Source: Octopus sinensis
Taxonomy: Eukaryota
NCBI RefSeq assembly: GCF_006345805.1
Contig: NC_043006.1
Location: 37,200,001-37,264,000 of the forward strand
Direction: 5' to 3'
Length of the DNA: 64,000 bases
Shown piece after piece: positions 26,301 to 38,599 of this stretch (positions are counted from its first letter, which is position 1; the number at the start of each line of letters is the position of its first letter). Made by a program: the position numbers and the translations under genes. A model generated the notes under the pieces. It worked only from the letters and a program-made list of their open reading frames with translations, was not told where the DNA came from and made no database searches.

Positions 26301-26684
26301 TACTACTGCTACGGCCAAAACTAGTGTCCTTCCTTTCTTATCTAAAGCAACAGTTGCGGTTTACAGGCTCTGGTTGCTCTTTCTTAGCAAACAGGTCAAG
26401 CAACACCATTATTAAAGGTGTTACAGCTCGGGCTGCCCCGTCTATTTTTGCTTTTAAGTATATTTCAGACAACATTATCTAATATACTCTTCTGTTTTTT
26501 TTAGAGTATAAAGCGTGAGATATGAGAGAGTTTTAGCTATTATATCTAGCAGATGGGACATCTACACAGAGGACGTCTCGTCGTTGGCTCGTTGTATATT
26601 TGAATGTTTTAATATCACTTATTATCATCCCTCACAGATCAACAGCTGTGCTTATTGATATCTGAACTACCCTATTGATTATCG

Positions 26685-27360
26685 ATTCCTTCATTCATTC
26701 ATTCATTCCTTCATTCATTCATCGATTCATTCAGTTATTCATTCAATTAGTCAATCATTCTTTTAATCGTTTCATTTAATCGTTTGTTTATTTATTCGTT
26801 CGCTCATTCGTTCATTCACACATTCATTCATTCAGTCAGTCAGTCTTGCTTTCATTCATTCATTCATTCGTTCATTCATTCATTTCATTGATTTAGTCAC
26901 TCATTCATTCATTGTTTCATTCAGTCTTACTTTTTATTCATTCTTTCGTTCATTCATTCTTTCGTTCATTTATTTACTCATTCATTTATTCATTCATTCA
27001 GTCAGTCTCGTTTTTATTCATTCATTCATTCTGTCATTTATCTATTCACCCATTCATTCGGTCACTCAGGCGGTCATTTATTATTATTATTTAATTCATT
27101 CATTCCTAGTCTGTCAGCTAGTCATTCGTATACTTTTTCAATCAATCATTCATTCATTTGTTTATTCATTTATTTATTCGTTCATTCATTCATTCTGTCA
27201 GTCAGTCAGTCATTCGTTCATTCACTCATTCATTTATTCAAGCATTTTTAATTCATTCAAACAATCAATCACTCATTTCGTCTTTCATTCATTATTTTAG
27301 TCACTCATTTACTCGAATGCTTATTCATTCATTCATTCATTCATTCACTCATGCATTTAT
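26685..27360. repeat. Degenerate (TTCA)n/(ATTC)n simple repeat
   Basis: Direct reading. Confidence 0.95.
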
Positions 27361-27527
27361 TTATACGTTTGTTTACCGAAATAGATACACTGATTTCACA
27401 ACAATATCGATTACACCATTTCGTTGATATTTAGGTAATCGATAGGAGTCGAATAGGAAACAAGCTAATGACAACATACCACCCCTACTCCACCACTATC
27501 TCTTCCTCTCTAACGAAGTATATCAAT

Positions 27528-27699
27528 CAGCGGTTCTCAACCGTAACTCCCAGAACCGCATGTGGCCCTCAAGCATCCTTCCGGCGGTCCTCGACCGTCT
27601 TCCTTCTATAAATATAATTTTTCTTTCACTGGCTAGTATTTTACTTTTTTGGTGTGTCCCCTAAGAAAATCCAGGTTTTAAAAAGGTTGAGAGTCACTG
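27528..27699. mobile_element. hAT/Charlie-type MITE
   Basis: TIRs CAGCGGTTCTCAACC / GGTTGAGAGTCACTG; related reversed copy near 46230-46399. Confidence 0.65.
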
Positions 27700-27889
27700 A
27701 TCTGTGATACTCGATCTACTAGAAACAACAGCTAAAACTCTCTTTAATCACACTGCATTGTCATCAAAGAAGGAAAGACGTATTATATAATGTAGTCTGG
27801 GTTGGTCGTAGTTGAAGAGCCTTCGACCATGAGTCCGTTTTAACCAGGGTTGACCTTGGGCTGAACAACAACAAAACAACATATATTAT

Positions 27890-28867
27890 CAGTGATGTAG
27901 CTGGACTAGACTGTGTGCCGCCTAGAGCAGCTCTTGAATTTGCGGTCCTGGCCGCGAAATTTTTTCCCACGAGAGTTCCGGACCCCAGTAATGAACTCAT
28001 TTGCATACAGCCAGTCAGACCTTGCCTTGACCTTGTTGTCAAGTTAACAAACACACTCTACCGAATAAACTCAAGACGAAGAACGGTGTTGTAAGTCGAC
28101 CGATCGCCAAGTTACGCCTGATTTTAGAAGGAGACAAGTAATTAGATAGATTTGCATCTTTACCTATTATCTGATTTTGTTAGGGCCCCATGTGGTAAGG
28201 ATGTGGATGGGAAAAATGTGGGTAGAGGGCGATGTGCTAGCAACCCACTCCCCTTACTGTTTTACAACAGCACAAATAACTATGCAGAGGCAGTCATGGT
28301 TGAAACAAGAACAAGAACAATAAGCATTCTTAAAAGAGAAAAGAAGCATGGTCATTCCTTACCCAAGTGACCTTATTTTATCACCCATCACTTGTTATGC
28401 GCTCATAAGTTAGTTTAATAGTTGAGCTTTGATTGGCTGTATGCAAATGAGTTCATAACTGGGGTCCAGATCTCTCGTGGGGAAAAAAATTTCGCGTCCC
28501 GCCCCGGGTCTCCAAGTCTATACAGTAGACCCAACAGTACCGTCCCCATAAAGGTATCGACCGGGACGAACCGCCCCTTACCTCTACTGTCAGAGAAGGC
28601 GTGTGGCTAAGTGATTAAAGTATTAGGCTCACAATCATAGAATTGTGAGTTCAATTCCCGGCTACGCATTGTGCTCTTCAGCAAAACAGTTTATTCCACG
28701 TTGCTCCAGTCCACTCAGCTGATAAAAATGAGTCGTACCTATATTCCTAAGGGCCAGCCTCATCACATTGTGTGTCATGCTGAATATCCTACGTTAAGGT
28801 AAGAGCACTCATCGTTGTAACCGACAGAGGGCCAGTTACTCCTACCCTCACTCTAGCTACGCAACTG
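27890..28867. mobile_element. Possible hAT-like MITE (CAGTGATGTAGCT...CTAGCTACGCAACTG) containing a foldback element and a SINE
   Basis: Terminal inverted motifs; internal ~70-bp inverted arms 27950-28020 / 28430-28500; no clear TSD. Confidence 0.45.
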
Positions 28868-29652
28868 CACTGGACCACCACCAACAACAACAACAGCAAC
28901 AACAACACCCAAAGCAGCAATGAATAGATTACATCGAACCAGTGACGTAGCTAGAATGTGTGCCATTCGAGGAAGCCCACTAGTCCCAGCCCCCACCCCG
29001 AACCTATAACAGGCTTATAAAGCAAACCCGAAAGTGCCGCCATTATAAAAGTGTCGCAAACGGTCCTTTTAGGAAACGGGATGGAGGACTATCCCTTCCC
29101 ACCTACACTACCGAATCACATACATCGAACCAACGGAAAAACATCCCCCTGGCAAATGGTTCTGAACATGGGTGAGAGTATCCAATGGAGACATTGGAAG
29201 CTCAATGTGGGCGGTAAATGCACGGGTTACTGGGTTTAGAGTTGGCGGGTAGGGTATGAGTTTTTAAGGAGTTGTGATTTTTTTTATAGAATTAACAGAT
29301 TTATACAAGGCAGATTACTTTTTTGAAAACTTTACCTTCCACTGGTTTGAGTCATTGGACTGCGGCCATGCTGGGGCACCACCTTGAAGAATTTTTGGTT
29401 GGGTGAATCGACCCCAGCGCTTATGTTGTTTTCAAAAGTCTGGTGCTTATTCTACATGTTTCTTTTGTTAAACCGCTAAGTTACAGGGATATAAACAAAC
29501 GAGCACCTATTGTCAAGAGACGAGACACACACCACACATTCACACACACTCATGTGCACACACACACACACACACACACACACAACAGTGTCCTATATAG
29601 TCACCGTCTACCAAATTGGTATCTATCTATCTACTATATATCTACCTATCCT

Positions 29653-29752
<100 letters not shown>

Positions 29753-29807
29753 CTTATCCATCCATTCATCCACCTTCGTACGTACCTACCTACCTACCCA
29801 TCCATCC

Positions 29808-29871
<64 letters not shown>

Positions 29872-30123
29872 CTATCTATCTATCTATCTAAATATTTTAA
29901 TTTTTTTAAAGCAAAATATTGTTCGTCACTAGAAATAAGATAAGTCAATAGATGGCACTTTTATCTTGCATTTCGATATTTCGGGGTTAAGACCTCTTCT
30001 TCAAGAAAACTATTAACCATTAATTTATCTTGTTTCTTATAACTCACATTGTTTTGGCTTTTCAAATAAATTACAAACAGTTATCTATATCAGACAATAT
30101 TTCATGCAAACTATACCACTCTA

Positions 30124-30154
<31 letters not shown>

Positions 30155-30220
30155 TGTATGTATGTATGTATGTATGTATGTATGTATGTATGTATGTATG
30201 TATGTATGCATGTATGCATG

Positions 30221-30254
<34 letters not shown>

Positions 30255-31358
30255 TGTATGTATATATGTATGTATGTGTGTTTGTATGTATGTATGCATG
30301 CATGTGTATGTATGTATGAGTGCATTTAAGTATGTATGTATGCATATACATACACATATTACACAGACACGCACGCACACAAACACACACGCACACACAA
30401 ATTTCGCTTAGACATTGTGAGACTAATAACCTGATGTAGAACTCAATATTGGTATATTTCAGGACAAAGTATTAGGCGGGTATAGAGCGGTAACGAGTAA
30501 AAAAGTAATGACGCAGGAAAACGATGGTTATGTTATGAACTGCCTTACCTTACACCTGTTTCCGTTATAAGATACAGTGAACTCTTATTTGAGTGCAAGA
30601 ATAACATCCTATTGCTTCATCGGAGCCTCGAATATGAAGTGCAATTTATTTGGGGATTAAAAAATGATTTACAGGGAAAGCGTTACTAGTGAGAAAGTCA
30701 TTGCTTATGTATATAAATAAAAGTATGTCTCAAAGGCAATTAGATTTGCTTGTAGAAAATGCAGAACAAATAAGGCGAAAAATATAAGCTATAGAATGTT
30801 ATTCAGGCGTTCAACTAAGAGTCCACTGCATTTCACTGTAGGAACAGCTGTAAGCTAATTAAGTTGATAACACAAGCATGTTTTTTTCCGGTGTCAGACG
30901 ACGCACACACACACTTAAAATATCTAGAATACTTAGAGAAGTTTCGGCTAGAATTGGCAGAGGCCATGGCTCACTTAAAAGCAGCACCTGGAAAATACAC
31001 TTAATGATGTTTCATATTACGGTCATTCTTTGAACAGAATGGCTGTGTGTGTGTGTGTATACACATACACACTCATATATAAAAATGAAAGAAAAAATTG
31101 AGTAATTTTAAAAAATTTTCACACTCGAGCAATACCTAAACCTAGAGTCGAGAACTACGCTAAGGGTACACGTGTGTCTGTGGAGTGCTCAGCCACTTGG
31201 ACATTAATTTCACGAGCAGGCTGTTCCGTTGATCGGATCAACTGGAACACTCGTCGTCGTAAGCGACGGAGTGCCACATGTATATATATATGTATGTGTG
31301 TGTGTGTATGTATATATGTGTAAGTATATATATACATACATAACATATATATATATAT

Positions 31359-31443
<85 letters not shown>

Positions 31444-31499
31444 TATTATTATTTATTCTAAATCTCTCTAAAGGAGACTATGGCGCAGTACTGGTATTA

Positions 31500-31699
31500 A
31501 TATTTGTCCCCAACATAACATGTTAGTCCAGAAAAATAGCACGAATGCTGCCGTTGATTAGCTTCATGAGGCCATCACCTCCAGCTAGCTATAAGACACA
31601 CAAACCCGTGTCCATTACAACCTTCGAACAGGGGACTTAATCAACGGCAGCATTCGTCCTATTTTTCTGGACTGCCATGTTAGCTTAGCGACAAATATA
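31500..31699. repeat. Foldback/MITE-like element
   Basis: agtccagaaaaatagcacgaatgctgccgttgatta ... taatcaacggcagcattcgtcctatttttctggact. Confidence 0.8.
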
Positions 31700-31720
31700 T
31701 ATTGTTTACAAAGTTTATTA

Positions 31721-31795
<75 letters not shown>

Positions 31796-31850
31796 ACATA
31801 CATACATACATACATACATACATACATACATACATACATACATACATACA

Positions 31851-31886
<36 letters not shown>

Positions 31887-32219
31887 TATATATATTCATA
31901 TTACATTTATTTACATATACACATACATGTGTGTGTGTATAGTTGAAATTTACAGAAAAACAAAGACGAAGACAGGTGTATAAACAACAAGTAGATGTAT
32001 TAGTTTGACGCTTGGGAAGGTACCGCGGCCATGCTGGGGCACCGCCTTGAAGAAATTTAAGTCGGATGAATCGATCCCACTACTTATTTCTTTTAAAGGT
32101 TTGTACTTATTACATCGGTCACTTTTGCCGAACCGTTACGTTTCGGGGACGTAAACACGCCAACGCCGGTTGTCAAGCGGTGGGAATAAACAAACATAGA
32201 CACAAAGACACACACACAC

Positions 32220-32258
<39 letters not shown>

Positions 32259-33636
32259 GGTGCTCTAGCATGGCCGCAGTCAAATGACTGAAACAAGTAA
32301 AAGACTAACAGAATATGAATATAAACATAAATTTATATATATATATGTGTGTGTGTGTGTATGTGTGCGCGTTCTGTGTGTGATGTTTTAAACATACACT
32401 CACACAGGCACACATTTCCATATATGGACAACATCTTTATTCTGATACTCGACGGATACAGCAATTGGAAATTGAATTATATACGAGGAATCGCTTCCTA
32501 GAGCCTCTGTCGTTGCCACTCGTCCCGGTTCGTCTGACTTTTGACCCCAGTTAACCAGATAAAAACCAGGACGAGTAAAGGTGAGGTTATAATGGAATGG
32601 CTGGTTACTATTGTCCTTTTGTGCTTGTCCACGTCATTCCAGAGAACTTCCTTCTCCACTAACGAAACTCCCAAACTCTTTGAACCACTGTCATTTCCTC
32701 TCAAATTGTCCACCAAACGAGTTATTTTTTAACTTGCTTAAGTGGATAGTTTATACAAAACACACACACAGGCACACGTAATACGCGCGTGCGCACACAC
32801 ACATGTATATATATATATATTCTCAGAAAAATATACCTATCCCTGTACGGAAACAATATCTCTTTTCTCAGAAATATATATATATGTATAAAGATGCATA
32901 CATACATATACATACATATATTGTGTGTGTGTGTGTATGTGTGTGTCTATGTGTGTGTGTATATATGTCTGTATATATCTAAATGTGTCCGTGTGCATAC
33001 ATATACATGCATATATATGGATGGATATATAGTATGTATATATGTATGCATGTGTGTATGTATGTATGTATATACGTATATACATATATATACACATACA
33101 CAGATGTACATACATATTTGCACGCACACACACACATCCATACACGCACATACATTCACACACACGCATACATTCACACACACATACGTATATTATTTAT
33201 GAGTGTGTGTGTGTGTGTATGAATATATGTCTGCGTGTGCGCTTTTATATGGATGTATATATAGTATGTATACATATATATGAGTATATACAAATGTATA
33301 CATACATATTTGTACTCACATGCACGCGCACGCACACACACAAATTTATTATGTATGAGTGTGTGTGTGTTTGTGCGATTTTGAGTGTGTGTATGTGTGT
33401 GTGCGCGCACGTTTGAGTGTATGTGTGTGTGTGTTGAGTGTGTGTGTGTGTAAAAGGATGAACCAAAATTTCTCAGATGCCGTGAAGGAAATGTCATGCT
33501 TGAACCATGTCCTTCACTGCTACTAAATATCCGGAAGTACTTTAATATTATTCCAAAATAGATCGTCTTCATTTGCTTTTGTGATTCCTTATTTGCAACA
33601 AGATCAGGATGTGAGATAAAGATAAAAAATGTCTCC

Positions 33637-34090
33637 CTTCTTCTTCTTCTTCTTCTTCTTCTTCTTCTTCTTCTTCTTTTCTTCTCTTCTTTCTTCTTAT
33701 TCTTCTTCTTCTTCTTTTTTCTTCTTCTTCTTCTTATTCTTCTTCTTCTTCTTCTCGTCTTCTTCTTCTTCTCTTCTTCTTCGTCTTCTTCTTCTTCTTC
33801 TTCTTCTTCTTTCTTTTTTCTTCTTTTCTTCTTTTCTTTCTTATTTCTTCTTCTTCTTCTTCTTCTTCTTCTTCTTCTTCTTCTTCTTCTGCTTCTTCTT
33901 CTTCTTCTTCTTCTTTCTTCTTCTCTTCTTCTTCTTCTTCTTCTTCTTCTTCTTCGTCTCTTTCTTCTTCTTCTTCTCTTTTCTTCTTCTTCGTCTTCTT
34001 CTTTCTTCTTCTTCTTCTTCTTCTTCTTCTTCTTCTTCTTCTTCTTCTTCTTCTTCTTCTTCTTCTTCTTCTTCTTCATTCTTCTTCTTC
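33637..34090. repeat. Long (TTC)n microsatellite
   Basis: About 450 bp, almost pure pyrimidine. Confidence 0.98.
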
Positions 34091-34357
34091 AATCATATTT
34101 CTACGTTCCAGTCGTCAAAATTTAAATGCACAAAATGGTTTGATAATATTGTAGCTTCTATTTTTTTTCCCCATCTTTTACTTGTTTCAGTCGTTGATCT
34201 GCGGCCATGCTGGGATACCTCAATGAAAGGCTAAAACCAACAGATTCATTGCAGCATTTAATTTTAAGTCTAGTAATTATCCTGTCGGATTAAGTTAAAA
34301 GTACAAAACAGAGATAGAGATAAGTGTCTTACTAAAATGAAGATACTCGGTTACACC

Positions 34358-34388
<31 letters not shown>

Positions 34389-34469
34389 TGTAGTATGTAT
34401 GTATGTATGTATGTATGTATGTATGTATGTATGTACGTACGTACGTATGTATGTTTGTATGTATGTATT

Positions 34470-34765
34470 AAAAGCCCATGGAAAACGAACCTCCACAAAC
34501 TACTCTGCGTATATATATGTGCACACCTTTCAATGCCATGTATGCCAGAAGGTCTGCAAATGAAATGGAGGTCTCAAAAGACATTTTAAGATCCACAAAG
34601 ATCAGAACTTAACTGCAGCTTTTGGTGGTCCAAATCAGATATGCAATCTATGTGGGTATCTTTTCAGTACATTGTCTGGTTTAAAAAACCACATCAGACG
34701 CTATGATGGGTCTAAGGTGTAAGTACAAGAGGTGGTCAGTCTGCATAAAGAGTAGACAACCACCA
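34470..34765 (+). mobile_element. 3' end of a LINE (RTE-like) with degenerate C2H2 zinc fingers and (TATG)n tail
   Basis: FQCHVCQKVCK*NGGLKRHFKIH and ICNLCGYLFSTLSGLKNHIRRY, then ...GACAACCACC(ATGT)n; embedded in (TATG)n. Confidence 0.6.
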
Positions 34766-35615
34766 TGTATGTATGTATGTATGTATGTATGTATGTATGT
34801 ATGTATGTATGTATGTATGTATGTATGTATGTATGTATGTATGTAGTGAAGATGCGTGGCTTAGTGGTTAGGGCATTCGGCTCACGATCGTTAGGTCGTG
34901 AGTTCAATTCCCAGCAACGCGTTGTGTCCTTGAGCAAGACACTTTATTTCAAGTTGCTCCAGTCCACTCAGCTGGCAAAAATGAGTAGTACCTGTATTTC
35001 GAAGGACCAGCCTTGTCACACTCTGTGTCACGCTGAATCTCCCTGAGAACTACATTAAGGGTTCACGTGTCTGTGGAGTGATCAGCCACCTGCACGTTAA
35101 TTTCACGAGCAAGCTGTTCCATTGATCGGATCAGCTTGGACCCTCGTCGTCGTAACCGGCGGAGTGCTCCTACGTATGTATTAATAAACAAACAATTAAA
35201 AACAGAAAAAAGAAGAAAAAAACGAACGTGAAGATGTGCAGAAGAACTATATTAATTCGACGATCGGTGAAGTGAGTTGTTAACGTTTCGAGCATAGCTC
35301 TTCGTCGGAAAGAGGAAAGGCCAAAGAGAAAGAAAGAGAAATAATAAAAAATCGCCAACAGTCCACGTGCACTGACTGGACCGGAAGTGGAAGGTGAAAG
35401 AGAAAGTGGTTTCTGGGACAGGAAAGTGAGAGGATGGTCGGTATGTGTGTGTGTAAACTTGTGTATATATGGTAGTGTGTGTGTGTGTGTGAGAGAGAGA
35501 GAGTGGTAGCGTGTGCGATATAGTGTACTGTTCCGTGATGGTAAAATTAGCAAAAAAAAGTACTCTATCTGGTGAGAAATAAATATTATTTGATAAACAC
35601 AGCATATATTTTTAT

Positions 35616-35699
35616 GAGCTACTATTAGTTTCATGCGATGAAAACAGCTTAGACAGCATTTTGTAACACGTCTGGTGTCTTCACGCAATCCTCAGGCTG
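35616..35699 (-). ncRNA. Type I hammerhead-like motif with extended stem II
   Basis: AGC-CTGAGGA-TTGCGTGAAGAC...GTTTTCATCGCAT-GAAA-CTAATAG-TA-GCT on the minus strand. Confidence 0.55.
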
Positions 35700-36166
35700 T
35701 GCCCACATGGCATAACAAGCTAAAAACAGGATTATAGAATGACGGAATAAACAAGAAAAGGTGAGGAGGAAGTAGATGTGAAAGGTGGAAGGTGGAAGAT
35801 GTATGTTAAAAGGTGGTAAAGACCGAAGGAACAGTTATGAAATAAATAGATACTGGAGTCGATTTGGTCAACGAAAGCCCTTCAAGGTGGTGCTCAAGCA
35901 TGGCCGCTGTCCAGCGACCGAAACAACAACAAAATAAATGATGGCCGTTTGTGATATTTCTTGTATTCCTAAAGATTTTGGAGATACTAAAACAAGATCT
36001 AATATTTTATATCCAAAACTTTATACAATACAGATACCACATTGATTTTCCGGAATCTTTGCTCCCCAAACCTCTCCGAATTACTGGTAATTTTGAACCA
36101 GGGGTGGTCACCTTGGCTAACGTATACTAAAGTATTAAATTTACTTAAGTTATTAAGTGAGTTATT

Positions 36167-36375
36167 GGACCATCTATGTTCGGAAATTCGGTGTTGTACC
36201 CGTAATGAAAATTCCTATATTTCTGCTTGACAGATTCCGGGCCATCTATGTTCAGGAATTCGGTGTTGTACCCGTAATGAAAAACCCTAGAATTCCGCTT
36301 GGCGGGCTCCGGACCATCTATGTTCGGGAATTCGGTGTTGTAAGTAATGAGAAATCCTATAATTCTGCTTGTCAC
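36167..36375. repeat. 72-bp tandem repeat, about 3 copies
   Basis: g(g/a)ccatctatgttc...ttcggtgttgta units at 36167, 36239 and 36311. Confidence 0.9.
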
Positions 36376-36496
36376 TTTTTAAGTTCGTTATAATCTGTTT
36401 GACTGTTCTCAATGAAAATTGTTAGTATTTTTTCAGGTGGTGAGCTGGCGGGATCGTTAGCATGGCTGAGAACAGTAATTAACTGTATTTCTTTTT

Positions 36497-36906
36497 AATA
36501 CAGTTGTATATTTAAGAGATGAAGAATTCTGTACGTTATTTACATTCGACGGATATTTGTCCTCATCTTGTTTGTTGTTAACATAACGTTTCGGCTGATA
36601 TACTCTCCAGCCTTCTTCACGTGTCTTGGGGAAATTTCGAACCTGGATTCTCATTCCTACGGGCATATGGCGTAGTGTTTAAGAGTGCGGGCTACTAACC
36701 CCAAGATTCCGAATTCGATTCCAAGCAGTGACCTGAACAACAAGAACAACAACAACAACAACAACATCGAAAAAATACCGTAGGAATGAAAATCCAGGTT
36801 CGAAATTTTTCCAAGACACCTGAAGAAGGCTGGAGGGTATATCATCCGAAACGTTGTGTTAACAACAAACATGATGAAGACAAATATCTGTCAAATGTAA
36901 ATAATG
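36497..36906 (+). mobile_element. tRNA-headed retroelement with inverted Penelope-like hammerhead repeats, 13-bp TSD
   Basis: TSD TGTATTTCTTTTT at 36484-36496 and 36907-36919; ~128-bp inverted repeat 36533-36662 / 36778-36906; tRNA-like head 36661-36733; (AAC)n linker. Confidence 0.8.
36815..36860 (+). ncRNA. Minimal type I hammerhead ribozyme motif (Penelope-type)
   Basis: GACAC-CTGAAGA-A-GGCTG..CATCC-GAAA-CG-TT-GTGTT. The inverted copy has a perfect CAGCC stem II but a C3G core change. Confidence 0.7.
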
Positions 36907-38599
36907 TGTATTTCTTTTTGTTTTGTATAGAAATAATTCCAGAACTGGCTTTACCTTTTCTCCTTTCGGGGATCGATAAAACAAGCGTAGGTTGAACACA
37001 GGAGTCAATGTGATTGACTTCTCTCTCACTCAAAATTTCAGCCCTTGTACATCTTGTAGAAAAGACTTTTACGTACTACTGGCAGAAATACCTCTTTCCA
37101 GGCGGTGTTCTGCTACTCCTTTACTTGTTTCAGCCATTTGACAGCGGCCATGCTGGAGCACCGCCTGAAAGGGTTTTAGTCGAAGAAATCGACCCCAGGA
37201 CTTATTCTTTGTAAGCCTAGTACTTATTCTATTGTTCTTTTTGCAGGACCGCTAAGTTGTGGGGGACATTAACACATCAGCATCAGTTGTCAAGCGATGG
37301 CGGTGGGGTGGGGGAACAAACACACGCACACGCGCGCACACATACACACACATAAATATATACGACGGGCTTCTTTCGGTTTCCGTCTACCAAATTCACT
37401 CACTAGGCTTTGGTTGGACTGGGGCTATAGAAGAAGATACTTGCCCAAGGTGCCACGCAGTGGATACGTGGTTGGGAAGCAAGCTTCTTACCACACAGCC
37501 ACGCCTACTTAATATAATTTTCGTTAATTAGCCTAAAAAATGGAGAGGAATTAACATGTTCGTCTACCGATAGAACAAACAGTTTCTATTTTGTTGATGA
37601 ATTACTGGTTCTCAAACTCGTGTATCTCAGCGGCCCCTTTCTCTGGATGGCGTTTTATAGACCCCTGCCCTCATGTTTTGCAAAAGAAAAACATGAACAA
37701 AATCAAGAGAGATAAATGTTACCCAAACTGATTTTGTGCGGTGATTTATTATATTATTTCATCCACCATGTGCCCTCCTTATAAATATTTGCGTAGAGTC
37801 TTGCTTCTTATTTTCTTTTATCTTTCACTTGTTTCGCTCATTGGATTGCGACCATGCTGGAGTACCGCCTTGAAGTGTATGGTCGAACATACTTTTTCTT
37901 TAAAACTCTGACACTTATTCTAACGATTTCTTTGAATGAACCACTAAATTATGAGGACGCAAACAAACCAACACGTTTTATCAAGCGATGGTGGGGGACA
38001 AAAGACAAGCGCAAACACATATGCATGTATACATACATTCATACATACACACGGCAGGCTTCCACACAGTTTCTACCCATTAAGTCCACTGTCAAGGCAT
38101 GGATAGGCCCATGTCTATTGTAGAAAACACTTGTCCAAGGTGCCGTGCAGTGAGACTGAACCTCGGTACCACATGGTTACGGGGCTTCTTAACCACACTG
38201 ATATACATGTGCCTCTTGAAGAAAAGAGTGCAATTTTTTGTAATCATCCACCCGAAATTACCGATTATTGACTGGTTTCATTTCCGGCACAAGACGGGAG
38301 TTGAATTTTATTGGCCAGTGTTGGAACCTTCCACCGCACCACAAAATTAATGATTATCAGCTGAGCCATCTTAACAGCATTAGAAGCCTTTGTGTAAGTC
38401 AATGCACTGGACCCTTTATATAGAACTGTGGGGTCCCCGGCAACTGTCCAGTTTGCCAATGTCTTAAGACTGCGGTGATAACCGGGTCAAGACCCACAGA
38501 GTCCCTAAGCACCAAAATTTTTGAGTCCCTAAGCACTTAAAAATTTTGGTGCCCCATATATATGTAGTTCAAAATACAAACGATAATAAACCGTGAAAT

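Noticed and set aside
33174-34234. Long ORFs (301 aa K/R/E-rich; 201 aa F/S-rich)
   Set aside because: Translations of the (TTC)n microsatellite; no splice or domain evidence.
34500-34705. Host C2H2 zinc-finger gene exon
   Set aside because: In-frame stop, lost His, no TGEKP linker and a microsatellite tail; fits a LINE 3' end better.
36661-36733. tRNA-Ser(ACT)-like gene
   Set aside because: The acceptor stem does not pair and there is no T-run terminator. It is the head of a retroelement, like the other A/B-box hits in the window.
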